DNA of 64,000 nt from Moniliella sp. 'wahieum' (taxonomy: Eukaryota): positions 558,001 through 622,000 of the forward strand of contig RSEE01000020.1 of NCBI GenBank assembly GCA_003971905.1. The letters are read 5' to 3'. A program made the translations under genes and the position numbers. The notes below the pieces were generated by a model. That model saw nothing but the letters and a program-made list of their open reading frames with translations, had not been told where the DNA came from and ran no database searches. Positions 24,911 through 36,220 of the stretch are shown here, piece after piece. Each line of letters opens with the position of its first letter. Position 1 is the first letter of the stretch.

Positions 24911-26910
24911 TTAGTGGCCAAACTCCAGGACCGTCTTGCCAGAGCTGGTGTTGAGCTTAACGAAGGACTGGTGGGCCACCTTTTGAGCACCGGTACGAAC
25001 CAAAGTGCCAGTAACCGTTACCCTGCCTGCATTGGCTTGGTGGGACGGCTTCCATACCCGTGGCAGGTCCGAGACGGCCGGGGGAGGGATAACCTTGGTG
25101 CCCTTGCGGCCCGACACGTCCACTTTTCCCACAAAGTGTTTGTCCAGCACCGCATGCACGTTGCCTGCCTTGCTACTCGCGTCGATCTGGACAGGCACCA
25201 AATCGGGTTGGGGAAGGAAAGCAAGGTCCACCGTGCCTGTCTTGGTCTGCGCCAGGACCGAAACCGTCTCGACAAACGGTTCCGAAGGACGGAACCCATA
25301 CAGCTGCGCTTTAACCACCTCGATCGGCAGCGGCCCAATCGCGCCAGCGCCACCGTGCAAGCTGACCGAATGGTTAGCATAGATCTTGCCCGCCTCAGTG
25401 GTAGCTGTGGAGAGGGAAAGAAGGGAGCCCGAGTCGGTACGAACGTCCAAGGTCGTAGCTCGGATGTACGAGCCAGGATTCAACTCGACCCTACCGGCTT
25501 TGGTCTGGATTGACGCTTCGCGCCATGCCTCCAGCCCGATTGCGGGCCCGATTCGAACGGCGCCCGTCGCCCCAGTAGAAAACTCAAGCATGTGGGCATG
25601 CACGTTGCCCCCAACTAAAATGTCGCCCGAGCGGGTACGAATGGTGAACACCCCTGCCGTCTCAAGGGGCCGATTGAGGTCCCAACCAATCGCCACATGG
25701 CCCGAACCTGTCTGGACATTGAGTGCACCAAAGCGTGACACGGTGGATGGGTCCATATGGATGTTGTCAAAGTGACGCTTGGCCAAGCTGCTGGGGGAAT
25801 CTGTGTCCGCGTGCACCTGCTTCTCGGGCGGGCCCCAAGCCATCAAAGAGCGACACATGCATCGAGCTGGTTTTCACGTCAAACATGGGGATGGGCACGT
25901 GTTTGGGAATGAGCACTGTCACATCCCACTCGATCGCATGCTTTCCCGGGACCGGGCGGGTATACACCCCCACGCCTTGGTGAAATGCGTTGGAACCAAG
26001 CTTGACCACATTGGCGCTTCCAAAGTAACGTTCCTTCATCTTGTCGTATTTGGCTTGGACAATGACCTTGACTTTGGCCTGCAAGTCCTCGGGCACCCCA
26101 TGGTCCGCGGGATCCTCAACAAAGCGTAACACCCTTTGCGGATCCTCGTTTATCTGTCGAGAGAAGCTCATTGTCGGAAGGAGGGTCGACGAGGACATAT
26201 AGGTGGTCCCCAGCGCCAAAGGAGGGGGAACAGTCAGTTCAAACTCGGTCGAAACAGTACAGTAGAGAGAGGAAGAGAAGCTGTTGACAATCTTTTCCGA
26301 TTCACAACCCTTCATGGTCCAATTTGCTGATTGGCGAATGTGGCCATCGCCCGGGAACGGTTGGGGTAGCGCCTCATATGGCTAAAAAGCACACGGCATA
26401 CGCAGGACAGTAAGTTAGCCTGAGCTCCAATGAGGCTGCAAAGCGTGCGAGCACGTACCTCGATGTCCTCCCATCTCCAAAACCCGCCCTCGTCGTCAGA
26501 ATCATTGGTTAGGGCCGGACTGGTTAACAGAATAGAATCCACAGTCCCGTAAGAACAAGAAAGACGTGCCTGAGACGCGAGGTGGGCCAGAGACGATACA
26601 AGCCGAGCTTGGTCGAATGCCATTTGTTCCTCGCCGATTCACGAACGCCTTGGGGGATGTATTGGTGCAGGGCACCAACATGTTCCTTGAATGTTGCCCA
26701 AGCCGAGCGGTGGTTGAGGTCGGCACGCATCACATTGTTGTACGAAGGTGGCAAGGAAGGATACTTGCCCTCTTCGCAGCCAGTGTCTGGGGCTGAGCGG
26801 GAAGAGCTAGACTCTTGGCTGATACTGAAGCGTTCGTCGGGGACCTCCATGCCCTCCACCATGAGGAGAGGCACGCGTACCTCGTCGGGCGGCCTGGTTG
26901 AGGAGGCCAT
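24911..26910 (-). CDS. Uncharacterised type-II membrane protein with beta-repeat (adhesin/DUF4097-like) ectodomain
   Basis: Cytosolic N-terminus with PLL and LPPSY, one TM (VFLVLTGLWILF), then repeated xTxSGx[IV] units (VQTGSGHV, IRTRSGDI, QTKAGRV, RTDSGSL, QTKTGTV, SSKAGNV, NTSSGKT). Introns and frameshifts near 26.3-26.5 kb. Confidence 0.6.
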
Positions 26911-27898
26911 GGGTTGAGGAGGCCATGGCGGCGGGTGGGAGTAGGGCGGGGGGGCGGGGGTGAGGGTGGTGGCTGGCCCAGGGTAGAGAAGGAGCACAGT
27001 AACCAACTGAACCTTAGACGGAAATGCTCCATGGCGGCCCGCATCGCACAACCCTAGCGTACGTTCGACGTGGCAAGGCAATTGTGTCTGCCACCCTCCC
27101 CAAAAGAAACGAGAGCACCAACGGCAGGGAGTATATTCGTACACAAAACAAAAATTTAGTCCTGCCAAAGACACGACCCTGAGCCCCCACCCCACCCCCG
27201 CCTCGCGGGCCTTGGCTTCACAACGAGTTGACTTCTATCTTCTTCTCGCTTCTGCCTCCTCCCGTCCCTAAGTCCCGGAGGCTTCAGACATGTTACTATA
27301 CGACCCAAAAGCCGGCGTAGACGCAGCCTTGCCACACCAGCAGCCGCCCCACCAAAGGCCTCTCCTCGTCCCTAGCTCCGCTCGGATCCACCAACTAGCC
27401 CAAGCCCGAAACTACAGTCAGTCGACCTACCGTCTCTAATGGATTGTAACCCAAAACCCCAGGCGTGCCCCCTGGCGGGGCCCGCCCGTAGTGACAGCAT
27501 CATCCTGTGTCTCTCGCTCTGCCCTTCCCTTTTGCTTCTGTTCTCTGCCCGATGCTGTTACATTATCGTTCGTGGGAGGAAACAGCAGGCACCGGGCAGA
27601 GAACAGAAACAAAAGGGAAGGGAAGAGCGAGAGACACAGGATGCTGAATTGGAAATGGAGCGAGCTTAGTCATTTGGTGACAGGAGGGACCGGAAAAAGA
27701 GTCACACCCGAACGTGAGGTACAGAAAAGAATGGGACATAGGGGGGCAGATCAGAGCCACCCTCATTGCTACTGTTGCCAGTCCACACTCCGACGAGAGG
27801 AGTAGTATAAAACGGTGCGGATAACGTCACTCTCCAAAGGAAAATGCTACACATGGCGTCCAAAATGCTCTGTTACTCTTCGTATCCAGCCACCACAG

Positions 27899-28554
27899 CT
27901 ACAGCGGCATCAAAGGGTAAGCATTGGGATCGAACTCAAGTGTGCCCTCGCGCGCCTGGCGAATCCATTCTTGTCTTGCCAATTCAACTTGCCGTTCGAC
28001 TTCCTGAACATGATCAGCGCCCGATTTGGCCGCTATCTTGGCTTGGCTTCCATGGGGAGCTGAGCAAGACCTGCCTCCATGGCCAGAACGAGGGGCTCTC
28101 GCATTTGGCCAACTCGGCCCGTCCTTGGTCTCGCACCGCCTGCAGTGCCGCCTTGTACTCGTTTGTCAAATCCGTCGAACGCGCTGCCACGTCCGCCCGG
28201 ATCTTTTTCCGCCGCGCGCGCATTTCCTCTGTTGCAGCCCACTCGCTTGGCGTCACCCCCGCCCGCTTGAATTGGGCCGGAAGCTGGGCCTGGGCGGCAC
28301 GTTGCACACGGTACGTCTTGTACCAATTTCGCACCTCTGTGGACGTGTTCATCATATTCTGTAACACGTCAAACGATTCGATCTCAGTACCAAAATGTTC
28401 ATTGAATGCTGCCACGGCGGCGACATGTTTGGCATTGGCGCCTGGCGGCGGTCCGCTTCCGTGTGACTCCATCACCGGGGGCAGCGACGGTAGCACTGTC
28501 GACGCCGCCCCGATTGATACTGCCCCTACCGACGACGCGGCCGAACTGGACATC
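27899..28554 (-). CDS. Orphan intronless helical/coiled-coil protein (about 215 aa after frame repair)
   Basis: MSSSAASS..FNEHFGTEIESF..VRNWYKTYRVQR..GVTPSEWAATEEMRARRKKIR. It continues across frameshifts to EVERQVELARQEWIRQAREGTLEFDPNAYPLMPL*. An upstream ATG at 28751 is also possible. Confidence 0.5.
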
Positions 28555-29726
28555 AAAGAGCTCTGCGATGAAGATCCGGAAGAGACCACGGATCGATTGG
28601 ATGGGGGGGATGACCCCAGAACAGGTGAGAAGTGGTCGCGGTGGACTGAGAAGAGACAGGGTCGACACCTTGGCTGCTGTGACAGGAGCTGGCTGAAGTT
28701 TGTGCCTGACGAGAAAGGGAAAACGAGGGTGCGTGCTCCGTCTTCTTTCATCGATCTGCAAGTCGCGCAGCTTATCCAAGGGCAACTCAGGAGGAGCTTG
28801 GCCTTTCTGGCGGTGTGTGGTTGGACGAGAAGGGCATTGGTAGTCCCACCTGGTAGTGATTGGAGTAAAGGGAGAGAGGTACACGTGGCAGTGGGTGGGG
28901 AACTTAAGCGGGAGCTATTAGCAGCGCGGCTTTTGTGGTGTGCTCAGACCACAGGGTTCTTGTGTGCCCACGCACAGCGCACGGACATAAGAAGCCGACA
29001 GGGTCATTAGTTACTCTATGAAATGAAGAGCGAAAAGAAATGGTAATTGTGTCCTTCACTGGCCAATCTGTGAAAGATGTGTTGACAGGATGTGGTGGGA
29101 TGAAACCGATGGTACACATAGGGCTCTCTCCATATTAACAGCATCGTGCCTTCTTCACCGGCTGTGCACATATCGACCTTTTCCTATACTTGTCACGTCA
29201 GCCACGCTCATATATAGCGGATGATTGTCTAGCCGAATCTATATGTAAGCTACGGTGCACACAGGATCAAAAGTGGGAGTGAATGGCTCTCTATACTGCG
29301 TACTATAAGACTGACGACGAGATACTACACTCCCCCCTTTTGTATGGGGCCTCTCTCTGTTCGCGTTCAATATATGTAAGTTTCGACCCCCCTCCCTCTC
29401 CCTCCTCTTGAATATACTAATCTGGTGTTTTCCCCCTGGGCGCAGGCTCACCATGAACCCCCCTCCCCCCATGGAGCAGGCAGGGTTGGGGGGGCGGTGA
29501 TGATGGTTGTGGGAGGCGAGCAAGGCAGGGGAAAAGAAGTACGTTCAACGTCGCGTCCCGCGTCACACGTCATGCATCAGCATCATGACGCATCTTACAC
29601 CATGCTGTCACATGTCATGCACCAGGCCTCAGGGGCATCATGCATCACTGATGCCCTGACCATCCACCCTCTCGTCCTCTCTGCCCCGCCAGGTCAGCTG
29701 GGCTTCTTGCCACCACCCCCACCACC

Positions 29727-30517
29727 ATGACCGGCGCCACATCCAATCCGACTACCCCCCCCCCCCACAACGGTCACAGAGGCACAGACTTCTACGTACC
29801 AGCTTACTAGCTGGACCACCAAGCGCGGGCTGGCCGTTGCAGCAGCGGTCAAGACCATCGGTCTGCTCGCCTGCATCTTCGAGTCAGCATCCTTGTTGGC
29901 AGAGGCGCCTGCCGTGTGGGCGTTTATTATGGTAGCGCTTATGCTCGACTTGCTTCAGACGGTCGCCATGTTGCACGTCAGTCTGGACCGTACACTCAGA
30001 CCTTCAAGCCGCGCCGCCACACAATTTCTCGAGACAGTGGCGTTGTCCATCATATGAGGTTGCCATTGGTACGTATCCCCCCCTCATCCATTCCATGTTC
30101 TGACCAATTCCTAGTCTTCGTTGGCGGTTTGATCGTCATCTTCGGATTCTCCCCGGAATGTGCGTGTCTTCCTGAATGATTTCGCGCCCTACTAACACTT
30201 TAATTGTGGTAGCCTTGAGTCCCGAAGTGGCAAGATGCATTACCATGATAGCCACATGGTTCTGCGCCTCACTGATGCTGCTGGACTGGACGCTCGTGGT
30301 ACTCTTCCGCTTCCGCGTGTTTGATAAGGCAAGTGCGGAAGACGGAGCTCATGCTCTACGCCCCGTGGAACGGAGTGACCTGCCACCCGCGCCTGAGAGC
30401 GAGCCGCTGCTGGATGCGGATGTAGAAGCTCACGCGGTTGACCCAGGATCGAGTTCCGCCCCGCCTCCATACGCTGGGTCTTCCCAAGAATCCGCACCTC
30501 GGCTGTCCAAGGTCTAA
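29727..30517 (+). CDS. Small 4-TM protein with C-terminal ESEPLL and PPPY motifs, paralog A
   Basis: Four hydrophobic segments. Introns 30069-30114 and 30160-30212 sit at equivalent positions in paralog B. Tail PESEPLLDADVEA..SAPPPYAG. Confidence 0.72.
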
Positions 30518-30665
30518 GGGCGCCCTTTCCCCACGTTTGTCTCCTTTTTGCCTGAACAAGCCCGCCTCCACCCCCTAGGTCGCACCCATCTCCCCCTCCG
30601 CTGTACAAGTCTAAAGGGGCCGTGGCCGTGGGACCTTACCTCTTTTTGCGTTGCTGCCGGAATAT

Positions 30666-33071
30666 GTGATGAAGTGCGCGCGTTTGAGGCCCTTGTGCGC
30701 CAGGTCCAGTAAGTCTTTGTTATAGGCTATCGTATATGCCACCGCTGACTGGCATTTCTGCTCTCAGGATATGGGGAAAGACAGGCATAAAGGCGGCCGA
30801 CGGGGTGTCGGGCCGCCCGATTGTTCTCATACCCCTTGTTCATGCTGTGGTAGCGGACAACCCAGAGGGAAACCACCTCGCTGCCCGTGCCCTCAGTCCT
30901 AGCCCCTGTGCTGTCGTATTTGCGGGGCCAATTTCCAGAACCGCGGCCATGCCGACCAAATTTTGCATGTGCTCACAGGAGGTGTAAAGCGAAGCAATGC
31001 GCAGATCCAAGCGAACCTCGAGAGGCAGGTGGATCACGCTATCCTGGGCAATAACGCTGCATACGACTGGGAATGCGCCGTGACGGGCGACAGGGACCCC
31101 AACGTCCACCGACTCTACTGCTCCTGTATCGCCGACATGGACATGTTCGAGAATAAGAGTGAGAAGCAGCCCATTCACACTCGCCCGTCCCGGAAGGGAT
31201 TTGCTCTACCAAAGACAAGGGCTAAGGTCATTGAGCTGAACCAATCCGAGGCGGACTATCTGCGGCGAAAGAGTTTCTTGATGTGCCCGGCGCTGTCCCT
31301 GCCGCAGTTTGATGTGGTGGACTGCTTTCCTCTCGACTTTCTTCACACTTCCTCCTCGGAATAGGGAAGGACCTGCTGAAGTTGGTGGCGACAAGGGTGA
31401 AGCCTAAGGCGAAGGAGCAATCGGCGATATTAATGAGCGGTCTCAACACCAAGGGTATCCCTGGCGCAGAGGGCACCAAGATCCGAGCTAGGGGTTTGAT
31501 GGCTAACCTAAAGACTGGGGTTGGGAAGGATGTGCGCACTATGCTTGTGGCTCTCCCATTCGCGGCACTCCCCATCCTCGAGACCGGAAAAGAGGCCAAC
31601 GATGAGAAGGAGTTCACGTTTCCGATTCCGCTTTATGACCCTATCGTCGCGGCAGCCGACCTGCATGGTTTGCTTTCCAGGACATGGTACCCGGCTGCCG
31701 GGCAGGCCAGGGTGCAGTTCATGGTACGTCCCACAGCCTTGATTGATATACGGGTTTAGACGCTGACATGCCTGTTATGGCTGGAATAGTACCAGGCGAC
31801 CCAGACTGCATACCGACTGATCGAACGCCTTTCGAGACTCGGCCCCGACAGCGCCATGATCGCGACGCGACCGAAGCTCCATCTCCTCCTGGCGCATACG
31901 TCTGATGCGCTCGAATTGTTCGGCCCTCTCCAGAACACGGACGCTGCCAGATTCGAGGGTCGCGTGAAGCACATCCGTGCGTCGGTTGCCCATTGCAACT
32001 TCCAGAACCTCCCGCGTGACACCTTGTACAACGTCATGGTCGCCGAGAAGATTCTGCACCACTCTTCACCGGGGTACGATGTGTCTAGCGACGGCTCGGT
32101 GGTGGCTCGGACTGGGGCTCCTCCCGGGGTGCTGGAGCAATAAGGGAAGGAAGAGCCCGACTACGACTCTGATGGCATGGCGATTCCACGAGTGGTGCTG
32201 GCCCCAGCCAAGAACCAATCCTCGGTGGGTTGTAACAACCTCACTGACGAGAAGCTGGGTCGTTTCCAATTGGCGGACCGTGTCAAGGTGCGGGCGCAGT
32301 ACCTGGTGGGCAAGGCGGCTGTTATCGCTACAGGGGAGATGATCCGTGTGGGGATGAACGTGACGATCGGCCACAAGTCGGCCGAGTACAGCGCGTCCGC
32401 CGACTTTGTTATTGGCAAGATCCTCCGGATTGGGCGCGACCCGTTGGATGAGAAGGCTGCCTGGGTCGGTACAGACCGTACATCATCACGGGGGTAGCAC
32501 GCATCGCTCACAGGCTGCCGCATTGTCCGCGAACTCGATGATGGTGATGCTCCTGAAGAGTTTGCCCTATTGACGGTGAGCACCGATGAGTGCTGAATCC
32601 AGCTGCATGACGATTGCTCATCAAGTACTGACACTGGGACATTGACCACAGGATGTTGGCAGTGAGGTGCCTCTCCAGCACGCCTGCACCAAGAAGTGGA
32701 TGATAGAGCAGGACGGCCAGAAAGTACTGGTGCACAACTACGAGAAGAACCCAATCTCGGGGGAGAACGAGGCGATAAAGTACTTCATCCCGGCGGCGTC
32801 TCATTTTAAAGCCAAGAACGGGAAGCGGCTGGTATTGAACGAATACGCTATGCGAAGTCCACCACACCACAAGCCGCACATGGACTTGAGGATCAGCTGG
32901 AAGTCCCCCGAACTGAGCGCCAAGGCGCTGAGCAAAGACGTGGCCCAGAGGATTGCAACGAACGGTGCCATGCACCTGTGGGACAAGCGCGCCAAGAAGA
33001 AGACACCTGCCGTGGTCGCTGTCGGAGGAGGGGGCAAGAGCGACGACTCTTCCGACAGTGACAGTGATTGA
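30666..33071 (+). mobile_element. 5'-truncated, degenerate fungal CACTA/EnSpm(CMC)-like DNA transposase
   Basis: GIKAADGVSGRPIVLIPLVHAVVADNP, FCMC, FDVVDCFPLDFLHT, RPKLHLLL.H...FGP....RFE...IR..HCN.QN.PRD, C-terminal QHAC..VLNEYAMR. These follow the GDNP / PxExLHT / KxHxxxH..FGP..RFE pattern of this family. Introns 30709-30767 and 31724-31789. Several stops and frameshifts. No TIR found. Confidence 0.75.
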
Positions 33072-33859
33072 TGCGAGAACCAAATGGACATGCATTGCGC
33101 GATGAGGATGAGTATAGGTTTGGTGGCAGTCGGCAGTCGTCAGTAGCCAGGCCATAGGGTGGTGCGCATCCTGGACCCATCAGCCTGAACCTCTCGAGAC
33201 GTGCGTGAGATGGGGCGATGGGCGGCGCTTTGATATGACGCGCATGCGCACATAAGCTTCTTTTGCGGGCAAACGTGCCAGGTGACGGATGACTACCATG
33301 CGTCCCACGCGCAGGGGCATGGCCGAAGCGAAGGGGCGGTTATGGAGCAAGAGGCCAGACGGTGAGGCATGGGTTGCAGCCCCAAATGGCTGTCGCCACA
33401 AGCGTCGGGTTTCTGCCACCTGCCTCCCCAGCCCCACTCCGCTTATCCAGCCTATCTACCCATTTTCCAATCCCGCCATTACCCATGTTTCCATTTTTCA
33501 CACCCGCCCGTGCAGCAACGCAGACTTCGCCAACCACGTGGCAACCATCGGCCAAAAGAACACGAGCCATCCGGTGGCTCAACCGGGGCCAAGCCGCAAC
33601 AGACCAGGCCAAGGTCCGGTGGTCCCCTTGTGTGTAAATATAGCGGCCCTGGGCCTTATTTTTGGCCCTCAGGCCTTGGGCCACGACGCAGTCGCAGTCG
33701 CAGTCGCACAGTCGCAGCCGCAGCCCCTGCGCCATCACGCACCATGCAGCAGGCCCAGGCCTGCTCATCGAGCTCATCCATCCTCTCTCGTGCCCTCTGC
33801 CTCACCAGGTCAAAACACGACAGCATGCTGGGCATCTTGGCGCCCCCACCTCCACCACC

Positions 33860-34640
33860 ATGATCATGGACGTCGCACCGAATCCGACTACCTCCCCCAC
33901 GACGGACACAGAGGCACAGGTATCTCAGTATCCAACGTACTAGCTGGGCCACCAAGCGCGGGCTGGCCGGTGCAGCAGCGGTCAAAACCGTCGGTCTGCT
34001 CGCCTCCATCGTTGGGTCAGCATCCTTCTTTGCAGAGCGCCTGCTCTGGGGGCGTTTTCGATGGCAGCGCTTATGCTCGACTTGCTTCGGACGGTAGCCA
34101 TATTGAACTCTAGTCTGGACCGTAGCCTCGTACCCTCAACCCGCGCCGCCGATGAATTTGCCGAGTTCGTGCAGATAACCACCTTTTTGGAGGTTGTCAT
34201 TGGTACGTAACTTCTCCTCCATCCAATCCAGATTCTGACCGACTTCTAGTCTTCGTTGGCGGCCTGGTCGTCATCACCGTATCCTCCCCGAAATGTGCGT
34301 GTCTTCCTCAATGATCTCGCGCCCTACTAACTCTTTAATTGTGGTAGCCTTGAGCCCCGAAACGGCAAGATGCGTGGTCATGATAGCCACATGGTACTGT
34401 GCTTCACTGATGCTGGTGGACTTTCTGCTCGTGCTATTCTTCCGTGTGTTTGATCAGGCAGGTTCGGAAGAAGGTACTCATGCTCTGCGCCCGTGGAACG
34501 GAGGCGGCCCGGCACCCGCGCCTGAGAGCGAGCCGTTGCTGGATGCGGATGTAGAAGCTCACGCAGCTGACGCTGGACCCAGTTCTGCCCCGCCTCCATA
34601 CGCTGGTTGGTACAAACCATTTCGGCCGTACAAGGTCTAA
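33860..34640 (+). CDS. Small 4-TM PY-motif protein, paralog B
   Basis: Near-colinear nucleotide similarity to paralog A (about 33775-34795 vs 29660-30665), same two introns, tail PESEPLLDADVEAH..SAPPPYAG. Apparent frameshift near 33940. Confidence 0.68.
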
Positions 34641-35221
34641 GGGCGCCGTTTCCCCATATTCTGTCTTTTTGGCCTTGTTTCCTGAATCATTTCTACTTGT
34701 GCTCCGCCTCCATACCCCGGGTCGCACGTATCTCCGCCTCCAAGTCTAACAGGGCCGTGGTTCTACCTTAACTCTTCCCTTGCTGCCTGAATATTTCCCC
34801 CGTAACGTTTGCCATGGTCGGTGTCAATGCCATCTACCCCTCCATGTCCAATTGAAAGCCGCGTTTCACCAGGGCGCCATCATCATCATATTTCCTCCCT
34901 AGAAGGATAGGCTTTTGTAGTCCCATCGCCTCAGCCACGCCCGCCCCCAGCTGAGGTCCTTCCTTCTACTATTACGGAAGCCTACTATGCATTGCACAGA
35001 CATCCCAATTCTCTAGCGTCCCCGACGTGATCAGGACTCGTTAGGGGAAAAGTCTCGCAGGATGTCTGCATGAGACCCAGGAAATGAAGAGGGAGAGACA
35101 TCGAGGCCATCTCATGCCCGAATGCGAGACCCGGGAAGGAGCCACCAAGTATGGTCATAACGATACCACAGAAAATGCTTATGCGGCAGGGCAAGAGAGA
35201 CACCGTAGGACTATGGCCCCG

Positions 35222-35994
35222 TTAGCACCGGACGGCGGAGAGGGAGATGCCTGGGACCCGGTGTATGGAGGCGGGGCAGAACTCAAGGCTGGGTGGGCCG
35301 TGTGAGCTTCTACATCCGCATCCAGCAACGGTTTCGGGCGCGGGTGCTGGGTCGCTTCGTTTGAGGGGACGCAGAGCATGAACTCTTTCTTCCGCACTGG
35401 TCGTATCAAAAAGACGGAAAAATCGGACGAGCACCCAGTTCACCAACATCAACGAAGCACAGTACCATATGCTTACCGTGGCTGCCCAGCACCCTGCGTT
35501 CAAGGCTGCCTAGGACTCAGTAAGGCACAGAATAAAACAGGGAGACATGCACCATTGGAGGGGGTGTGCAAGGCGACAATTGCACTGCCAACGAAGACTG
35601 TAGATAGAAACACGTCAGAATCTTAATAAGATGGGGGAAAGGGGATACGTACCAAACAAAGTCTCGAACATGACGGTCAGGAACCCCATCGTGACGAGGC
35701 TTTGGACGGGGTCGATGTTGGAATGGACACGACCTCGAGCGGCACTCCACATGGCCATCGTTATCGCCAAGTCGATTATAAATGTTTTCTGAGAAAATGT
35801 ACCGAGAGCAGACGTATCGCCGAAGATGGATACCTCCCAGAAGATGGAGACGATCAGACCGATGACCTTGATCGCTGTGGCAGTTGCCAGCACTTGGTGG
35901 CCCAGCTGGGACACCGGTACGGAGACATCCGTGCCTCTGTATCCGACGCGGCGACGGGCGGGGAGGGAGTCGGGGGTGATGAGGTGGCGGTCAT
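35222..35994 (-). CDS. Small 4-TM PY-motif protein, paralog C (more diverged, inverted)
   Basis: Shares the ccaccaccATGAC start context, AIKVIGLIVSIF, IWYCASLMLVNWVLVRFF, HALRP, PLLDADVEAH and SAPPPYTGS with A/B. 3' end approximate. Confidence 0.65.
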
Positions 35995-36220
35995 GGTGGT
36001 GGTGGTGGCATGATGTCCAGCATGCGCCCGCCCTTTCGCAGGATCTGAGGGGGGGATGGACGTTGAACTTGTGTTCGGCTACGCTGTCTCGCGCGCGTCA
36101 CCGCGTCACCCGTCAGTACGTTGACCGGTTGCCATTGGTCATTTCAATTCCTGGGCGGGTGCGCGCACCACACCCATCTGCGTGCCTTGGCCCGCCCACC
36201 TCCGCTTCGCCGCCATCGTC

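Noticed and set aside
27844..29010. 388-aa plus-strand ORF antisense to the orphan gene (ambigrammatic coding)
   Set aside because: Long antisense ORFs also shadow GEM1, UFD2 and EPL1 in this GC-rich DNA, and the translation is not protein-like.
27125..33651. Possible TIR pair CAGGGAGTATATTCGTACACAA (27125) and inverted CAGGGCCGCTATATTTACACACAA (33628-33651) bounding one large element
   Set aside because: The alignment needs gaps, the termini are not CACT[AG], and I found no convincing target-site duplication in the flanks.
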